A DNA stretch of 64,000 bases, from NCBI GenBank assembly GCA_034670305.1, contig JAXMNT010000039.1, positions 1-64,000 on the forward strand, written 5' to 3'. This document shows positions 57,502 to 64,000 of this stretch, one piece after another (the stretch's first letter is position 1; every line of letters starts with the position of its first letter). Under the pieces are notes generated by a model. That model searched no databases, was not told the DNA's origin, and saw only the letters and a program-made list of their open reading frames with translations. The position numbers and the translations under genes were made by a program. Source of the stretch: Deltaproteobacteria bacterium (GTDB taxonomy: Bacteria; Myxococcota_A; Polyangia; Polyangiales; Houyiibacteriaceae).

Positions 57502-57813
57502 TCAGCGGGTGCGGACCTGGACGGTCGCGCTGCCGCCGCGACGACGCGTGGTGCGGGTCGTGGTGGTGGTGCGGCGCCGGTTGTTGCGACGGTTCGAGGT
57601 CCGGACCGTCGTGCGACGTGCCGGGCGTACCGTCGTGGTGCGAACGACCGCGCGCCGAGGGCGGGTCTGAACCCGGACGGTGCGTCGACGTGCCGGTTGG
57701 ACGCGGACGTTGGTCGTGCGGACGGTGGCGCGGCCGGGCCGTGCCTGAACGTAGCAACCGCTGCCGAGAACGAGGGACGCGCAGAGCGTGACGAGGATGG
57801 AAAGGTTCTTCAT
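57502..57813 (-). CDS. Small Arg/Thr-rich lipoprotein
   Basis: MKNLSILVTLCASLVLGSGC lipobox followed by R/T/V-rich repeats. Confidence 0.65.
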   Translation of the reverse strand: MKNLSILVTLCASLVLGSGCYVQARPGRATVRTTNVRVQPARRRTVRVQTRPRRAVVRTTTVRPARRTTVRTSNRRNNRRRTTTTTRTTRRRGGSATVQVRTR

Positions 57814-58163
57814 AGGTCGCAACGATAACAAGCCCGGGCGTTCGCATCAAATCCATGAATTCCCCTGTGGCGTAGGGAGAAAGTGGATTTGAATAAACTC
57901 GGGGGGATCCACGTCGCCGGCCGCTCGGGCCAGAAAGATGCAGAGTCAATGGAGGCCCGTTCGGCGCGAACTGTGTCTTGCGTCTGCCTCGATATTCGAC
58001 GCGGCGAAGCCGAGCGAAGCGAGCAAGCCGTGTCACCGGGACGGGTTTGGTCGTCGCGATGCTCGTCGCGCTCTGACCGCTGATCCGCGGGCAAGGGCAA
58101 AGGCAAGGGCAGGGGCAAGGGGCAGGCTGCGAGAACGCCCTGCGGGCGTTCTTCAGCAGCCTG

Positions 58164-59399
58164 CTACAGGCTGGCGCCGACCTGGAAGTCCCGGACGACC
58201 GCCATGTGCTGCATGCTCGGCGCGCCGCTGTCGGACTCGAGCGCGGGCGCGAGGTCTTCGATCGGGGTGAAGACGCGGGTGTCGACGACCAGCCCGCGCA
58301 TGAACGACGCGGCGCCGATCTCCACCGGCACTTGGCGGGCTTGCAGCGCGGAGCTGACGAAGAGCGCGTCGAGCACGCGGCTGCGCGGTGCGTTGGTATT
58401 GCGGTTGCCGAGTTGGTCGGTTGGCAAGGTCGCGATGACGACGCGCGCACTGAGCCGGTCGAACACTGGGCCGCCGCCGACGTTGAAGTCCCCTCCGATC
58501 ACGAGCAGATCGCCGGCGGGCACGTCGGCCTCCAGGTAGTCGATGAGATCGGCGGCTTCGCGTTCGCGTTCGGCGCCACTCGAGGTGAGCAGGTGCAGGC
58601 TGACCGCCCAGAGATCGCGGTCGCCGGGCACGTCGATGCGCGCCCACGCGAAGTCGCGGCTGTCGGTCTCGAGATCGCGCCAGGAGCCGGCGTCCAAGAT
58701 CGGATAGCGGCTGACGATGCCGTTCGGAATGGTGTCGCCGCCGCCGCGGTGGGCGCGGCAGGTCTCGCCACACGCTTGGTCGGCGAAGGTCTGGAGGGCG
58801 GACGGGGAGTTGTCCCCGTACTGAAACTCTTGGATGAGCAGGATGTCTCCGTGGAGGCCTTCGAGGATGCGCAGGCCGTGGCCTGGATCGTAGGTCTGGG
58901 TGCCGCCGCTGGTGAGGTTGGCGGCGACGATGCGCACGGTGGTCTCGAGGCACTCGGGCAGCTCGATGCAGACCGGGCTCTCGCAGTCGGTGAAGCCGTC
59001 GCCGTCGTTGTCGATGCCGTCGCTGCAGCGCGGGCCGTCCGTTTCGTCGCCGCAGAAGTCGACCCGCGGGTTGTCGCTGCAATCGGAGTCGAGGCAGTCG
59101 GTCAGGCCGTCGTCGTCGTTGTCGCGTCCGTCTTGGCAGCGGGCGGGCGCGCGTTCGGTGCCGAGGCAGAAGGGGGAGTCGTCGCAGCTCGGGTCGTCGC
59201 AGCGGCCGCCGCAGAGATCCGGTGCGTCCGGCCGGTCGGGGGCGTCGATGGACTCGGCATCGATCAGGGCGTCCCTGAGCACGCTGCCGTCGACGACGTT
59301 CGCGTCGAGTCCGCCGTCGGTCTCTGGTGCGGAGTCGTCTCCACACCCGGCCGTCAACGCGATGAAGAGAAGAAGAGAGAGACCTACGCGGGACCGCAT
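58164..59399 (-). CDS. Lipoprotein with Cys-rich DxDxDG repeats and EEP nuclease/phosphatase domain
   Basis: TAGC lipobox; CxDGxDNDxDG..DC repeats; AANL, IQE, GGDFN, LD, QHMAV. Confidence 0.85.
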   Translation of the reverse strand: MRSRVGLSLLLFIALTAGCGDDSAPETDGGLDANVVDGSVLRDALIDAESIDAPDRPDAPDLCGGRCDDPSCDDSPFCLGTERAPARCQDGRDNDDDGLTDCLDSDCSDNPRVDFCGDETDGPRCSDGIDNDGDGFTDCESPVCIELPECLETTVRIVAANLTSGGTQTYDPGHGLRILEGLHGDILLIQEFQYGDNSPSALQTFADQACGETCRAHRGGGDTIPNGIVSRYPILDAGSWRDLETDSRDFAWARIDVPGDRDLWAVSLHLLTSSGAEREREAADLIDYLEADVPAGDLLVIGGDFNVGGGPVFDRLSARVVIATLPTDQLGNRNTNAPRSRVLDALFVSSALQARQVPVEIGAASFMRGLVVDTRVFTPIEDLAPALESDSGAPSMQHMAVVRDFQVGASL

Positions 59400-59539
59400 C
59401 GAGGCCACAGTAGCAGCATCGTCCTCCAGGCAAGCGGTCCGCCCGACCCACACTGCAGGCAGCGGGAAGCTGGCGCTCTGTCGCACGGTGTGCGGTTCTC
59501 GGAGACGATGCCGTGGTCGAGTTTGTCTATGCTCTCGGC

Positions 59540-60679
59540 ATGATGGTTCCCGGGCGGTGGTGGGTTGCGGTCGTCTTGTTGGCGTTCGCGTGTGGTGACG
59601 ACGACGGTTCGGTGGATGCGGGCGGTGCGGACGCGCCTGCGGTGGACGGGTCGACCGAGGATGCGCCAGCCGCGGACGCCACCGAGCGCGTCGACGGCAG
59701 TGTCGAGGACAGCGGCGGCGGCGGGACGGATGCCGGGCGAGATGCCACCGGCGGACCGGCTCATGAAGCGATCCTCGGTGAGCTGATCGGTTTCGGTCAG
59801 TTCACGACCGGCGGCGCCGGCGGTCCCGTCGTGGAGGTCACCACACTCGCGAACGACGGCCCGGGATCGTTGCGCGCGGCGGCGACTGCGGAGGGCCCGG
59901 CTTGGATCCGATTCTTGGTGAGCGGGACGATCGCGCTCGAGTCGGAGATCTTGGTCACGGACGACAAGACGATCGATGGGCGCGGCGCGGACGTCACGAT
60001 CACCGGTGGCGGGCTCTTCGTTCAGAACGGCGTGAGCAATGTGATCCTCACCTACCTGAAGATGCGCGACTCACCGAACGACCTGATCCGCTTCTTCAAC
60101 GGCGGCGCGCGCATGTGGGTGCATCACTGCACGTTGAGCAACGGCGGCGATGGCGCGTTCGACGCAACCGAAGGCGTCACGGAGATCACCGTCTCCCACA
60201 CCCACATCTTCGACCACGACAAGGCCATGCTCATCGGCGCCGGGAGCGACGACGGAGACGGCGCGTCGATGCGGTGGACGGGGCACCACAACTGGTACGA
60301 GGACGCGGTGCAGCGGCTGCCGGCCATTCGGTTCGGCCGGGCGCACTCGTTCAACAACCTCATCATGTGGCGCAGCGGCACCGCGATGTCGGTGCGGCTC
60401 GGCGAGTCCCAGATGTTGGTGGAGAACAACATCTTCATGCCGCAGACCAACGTGGGTCACAAACTCATCTCGATGACGGACGGCCGCGGTGCGGCGCGCA
60501 TCGTCGGCAACCTCGAGCGGCCCTTGGATGGGGACGAGATCGAGTACACCGAGTTCATGCCCGAGACGGTGTTCGACCCGCGCGACACCTATGGGTACAC
60601 GGCGGAGACCGCGGACGACGCGTTGATCGCGTCGGTGCGGGCGACGGCCGGTTGGCAGGACGTGCCGTTCCCGGAGTAG
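59540..60679 (+). CDS. Pectate lyase (PL1) family lipoprotein
   Basis: GFG..TTGGAGG..VEVT, GPGSLR, KTIDGRG, WVHHC, DG..D, HDK.ML.G, QRLP.IRFG. Confidence 0.88.
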   Translation: MMVPGRWWVAVVLLAFACGDDDGSVDAGGADAPAVDGSTEDAPAADATERVDGSVEDSGGGGTDAGRDATGGPAHEAILGELIGFGQFTTGGAGGPVVEVTTLANDGPGSLRAAATAEGPAWIRFLVSGTIALESEILVTDDKTIDGRGADVTITGGGLFVQNGVSNVILTYLKMRDSPNDLIRFFNGGARMWVHHCTLSNGGDGAFDATEGVTEITVSHTHIFDHDKAMLIGAGSDDGDGASMRWTGHHNWYEDAVQRLPAIRFGRAHSFNNLIMWRSGTAMSVRLGESQMLVENNIFMPQTNVGHKLISMTDGRGAARIVGNLERPLDGDEIEYTEFMPETVFDPRDTYGYTAETADDALIASVRATAGWQDVPFPE

Positions 60680-60968
60680 CAGACGCCGACGCCGACGCGG
60701 CGGCCCGTGCCCGTGCCCGTGCCCGTGCCCGTGCCCGTAGGTTCGCCGAAGCCGAAGCCGAAGCCGATGCCGAAGCCGAAGCCGAAGCCGAAGCCGAAGC
60801 CGACGCCGAAGCCGACGCCGATGCCGAAGCCGATGCCGATGCCGAAGCCGATGCCGATGCCGAGGTCGAAGCCGACGCCAAGGCCGACCGAAGCCGACGG
60901 CGAAGCCGAAGCCGGAGCCGAAGCCGACGCCGAGGCCGACCGAAGCCGACGGCGAAGCCGAAGCCGAG
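60680..60968. repeat. Low-complexity hexamer arrays (CCCGTG)n and (GCCGAA/GCCGAT/GCCGAC)n
   Basis: Directly visible intergenic microsatellite-like tract. Confidence 0.85.
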
Positions 60969-61010
60969 CCGATTGCCGGTGGGGGGCGCAAGTTGCGGTA
61001 GGCTGTGGCG

Positions 61011-61628
61011 GTGGCGCGACCCACCAACGCCGATTCTGCCCAGACGTACGACCAGATCGTGCGGGCGGTGCTCGAGGTTCTGGAGGAGACCGGGATCCAC
61101 AAACTCTCGGTGCGGGCGGTCGCGGCGCGTGCCGGCGTGAGCACGGGCACGGTGCAGTACTACTTCGTCAGCAAGGACGAGCTGCTCGAGGCGTGTCTCG
61201 ACGAGTACTACGAGCGGCTCTCGGAAGAAGGGCGGCAGCTCCTGGCGCTGGTGCCGACGGACGGGCGAGACATCATCGAGATGGGGGCGCGGCGACTCTT
61301 TCGATTCGCGGTGCGGGAACGGCGGTTGGTCGAACTTCGTTTGGCGATGAACAGCAGCCAGGGGCAGCTCCATCCCCGCCGGCAGCCGGAGTTCATGGGC
61401 ACCCTGATTCGAAGCGTCGCGAAGGCGCTCGCGCCCCACGTCGAAGTGAGCGAAGGCGACACGCGCCTGGCGGTGCAGGCGATGGCGTTCATGGTCGTGC
61501 GCTTCGCGCTGCTGACGGACTCCGAGATGATGGAGCTCTGCGACGCGGAGGGGGAAGAGGGCCGCAAGGTGGTGGAAGACTTCGTCGTGCGGTCCGCCCG
61601 GCGTTTGATCCGCCCGTCGGACGGGTGA
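61011..61628 (+). CDS. TetR/AcrR family transcriptional regulator
   Basis: [37 protein letters not shown]6-GTG. Confidence 0.92.
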   Translation: MARPTNADSAQTYDQIVRAVLEVLEETGIHKLSVRAVAARAGVSTGTVQYYFVSKDELLEACLDEYYERLSEEGRQLLALVPTDGRDIIEMGARRLFRFAVRERRLVELRLAMNSSQGQLHPRRQPEFMGTLIRSVAKALAPHVEVSEGDTRLAVQAMAFMVVRFALLTDSEMMELCDAEGEEGRKVVEDFVVRSARRLIRPSDG

Positions 61629-61662
61629 GGGCGGACTGAAGGGGGACGGCACGCCACCGAAC

Positions 61663-61895
<233 letters not shown>

Positions 61896-61906
61896 CTTCC
61901 GCTGGG

Positions 61907-63193
61907 TCAGCGGTTGGCGTGGGCGCCTAGGTCTTCGTAGGGGGAGCCGGGGGTGGGGACGAGGAAGTCGGGGGAGTCGGGGTCTGTGCTCACGAAGGTG
62001 ATGGTGCCTTCGCGTTGCCAGGAGTTGTTCTCGTCGCTGCCGGTGCCGCCCCGCGGCCGGTCGTCGCCGGCGAGGTTGAACTGCATCACGGTGTCGTCGC
62101 CGCCGTAGAAGCCGCTGCCGTCGTTGTTCCAGCTCGTGTTGTAGAAGAACTCGACCGCGACGCCGCTGTTCTGGTCGAAGCCGGCGCCGCGGTTGTCGTA
62201 GGAGATCGAGTGTTCGACGGTGGTGCCGCGGCTCGGCGGCGCGCCGCCGGACTTGAAGCCTTGGCCGTTGCCGGACGCGATGCCGTTGCCGTGGGTGATG
62301 GAGTAGCCGACGTAGCTGTCGAGGGTGCGCCAAGTGTCGATGCCGTCGTCGGAGTTCGCGTAGACGAGGCAGTTCTCGATCCGGTTCTCGATGCCGCTCG
62401 ACATCGAGATGCCATCGGAGTTGCCACCGTCGGCGTACTCGGCGCCGTCGATGCCGGCGCCCGAGTTGTCGTGCACGAGGCAGTCCGTGATGAGGTTCCG
62501 GTTCGACGACGGCACGTCGTAGCTCTCGTGCACGTGGATGCCGGACAGCAGGTTGTGGTGCACGTGCAGCCCTTCGAGCACGTGGTCGCTGCTGCGGACC
62601 GAGAGCGCGGAGCGCGGCATGTTGCGGACTTCGAAGAGGCGGCAGTGGGTCGCGTCGCCGAGCACGCGGATGTAGACGTCGGCGTGCGCTTCGTGCCGGC
62701 TGCCGTCGAGCACCGCGGTCTCGCCCGGGTAGCTCTCGAAGACGACCGGCGCCGGGTCCGTGCCGCGGCCGCGGAAGTAGAGGTTGCGATCGATGTCGTA
62801 GACGCCGCCGCGCATGAAGACGACGTCGCCCGCTTCGGCTTGGTCGGTCGCTTCCCACAGATCGCAGGGGGCGGCTTCGGTGCAGTCGGTGCCGGTTCCG
62901 TCCGGAGCCGCGAAGATCGTGCCGGCGCTCAGAGGCGTGGGGGTCACGGGCCGGGGGCCGATGGGGCGCACCGCGGGCCCGGCGTCTTCGCCCGCGTCGC
63001 TGCCTGCGTCGATGGCGGGGGCATCCGATCCGGGGGCGTCTGAGCCAGGCGCGTCCTGAGCAGGTGCGTCCAGGGCGGGTGCGTCCAATCCAGCCGCGTC
63101 GGGCGACGACGCGTCGAACGTTGCGTCGTCGTCCCCGCACGCATGGAGCGAACCCAAGAGTGCGCACAGAGCCAAAGTTCTCGTCGCCTTCAT
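61907..63193 (-). CDS. Right-handed parallel beta-helix lipoprotein (PL9-like)
   Basis: LHAC lipobox; [44 protein letters not shown] motifs. Confidence 0.8.
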   Translation of the reverse strand: MKATRTLALCALLGSLHACGDDDATFDASSPDAAGLDAPALDAPAQDAPGSDAPGSDAPAIDAGSDAGEDAGPAVRPIGPRPVTPTPLSAGTIFAAPDGTGTDCTEAAPCDLWEATDQAEAGDVVFMRGGVYDIDRNLYFRGRGTDPAPVVFESYPGETAVLDGSRHEAHADVYIRVLGDATHCRLFEVRNMPRSALSVRSSDHVLEGLHVHHNLLSGIHVHESYDVPSSNRNLITDCLVHDNSGAGIDGAEYADGGNSDGISMSSGIENRIENCLVYANSDDGIDTWRTLDSYVGYSITHGNGIASGNGQGFKSGGAPPSRGTTVEHSISYDNRGAGFDQNSGVAVEFFYNTSWNNDGSGFYGGDDTVMQFNLAGDDRPRGGTGSDENNSWQREGTITFVSTDPDSPDFLVPTPGSPYEDLGAHANR

Positions 63194-63392
63194 GGGGGGA
63201 CGTTATCAGGATGGCGGCGGGGCCTCCGCTCTCGGAATCGCACGGCGTCCGGTCCCTCACCTCAGCGGCATGCGCCGCTTGCCCATCAGGGGCGTGCATC
63301 CGGTTGTGGGTGCAGACCCAGCGCCTGCCAATGCCCAATGTCCGGTGATCTGGGGACATTCGTCAGGAGCGAAAAAGGCGTAGAATGGCGGA

Positions 63393-64000
63393 ATGCTTCG
63401 TTCGATTCTCCTGGCGCTCCTTGCACTCCCCCTGACGTCGGTCGCGCTCGCCCAAGTCTGTGGCGACGGCGACTACCAACCTTTCGCGATGACGATGCCG
63501 GAGCAGTGCGACGACGGCGATCTCGACGACGGCGATGGCTGCGACTCGATGTGCCAGATCGAAGACGGCTGGTCGTGCAACAACCCGCCGGCGTTCCGGA
63601 TCATCAACACCGAGTCGTACCCCGGGACCTCGGACGATCCCAACTGGGTCATCACGGGACGCAGCGCGACCGAGACGACGAACTCGGATCCATCGATCGG
63701 TCTGTTCGAAGCGGACGCCACGGCCATCACCTACGAGTTCGACGTGCGGGTGAACACCAACTCGGACGACGACTTCATCGGGTTCGTCTTCGGCTTCTTT
63801 CCGGGCGACACGACCAACCCGGCGGCCGACTACCTGCTGCTCGACTGGAAACAGGGGACTCAGAGCGGCGCGTCCGCAGGCATGAACTTGTGGCGGGTGC
63901 AGGGCATCCCCGACATGACCGGCGCCACCACCAACACCGATCTGTGGGACCACAACGGCGCGGTCTCTGCGGTGGCGAGCGCCGCGACGCGCGGCAGCAC
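63393..64000 (+). CDS. Secreted protein with myxobacterial Cys-rich repeat (DUF4215) and TSP-C-like domain, truncated by the window end
   Basis: Signal peptide; CGDG...EQCDDG...DGCDSMCQIE; NSDDDFIGFVFG; TAGAAT-N6-ATG; no stop before 64000. Confidence 0.8.
   Translation, partial: MLRSILLALLALPLTSVALAQVCGDGDYQPFAMTMPEQCDDGDLDDGDGCDSMCQIEDGWSCNNPPAFRIINTESYPGTSDDPNWVITGRSATETTNSDPSIGLFEADATAITYEFDVRVNTNSDDDFIGFVFGFFPGDTTNPAADYLLLDWKQGTQSGASAGMNLWRVQGIPDMTGATTNTDLWDHNGAVSAVASAATRGS

Overview
High-GC bacterial DNA, most likely Myxococcota/Sandaracinaceae-like (MYXO-CTERM protein, Cys-rich 'DAG' lipoproteins, DUF4215 repeats). About 5-51 kb is an accessory/defence block ending at a tRNA-Phe(GAA). 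It holds a three-gene DUF-PLD-SNF2 helicase module (Azaca-like, tentative), a complete class I DISARM (drmD, drmMI, drmA, drmB, drmC) with RADAR (rdrA, rdrB), a lipoprotein and a RelE-UvrD fusion nested inside it, a solo PLD nuclease, and ArdC. The most novel element is at 7.1-18 kb: an operon for an ATP-independent Lon(S16)-protease-TPR protein, an ECF-like sigma factor and a soluble anti-sigma-like protein. It is divergent from five genes, and a perfectly spaced motif (T/C)GTCAG-N17-CGTC (ECF-promoter-like) occurs five times, once in front of the protease operon and once in front of each of four divergent genes. This resembles a CRISPR-independent CalpL/CalpT/CalpS-type protease-sigma cascade with its own local regulon. 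The right end (51-64 kb) is ordinary lipid-metabolism and secreted-enzyme genes. Many genes appear to be leaderless (TANNNT-N6-start). All family calls are by-eye motif recognition; no searches were run.
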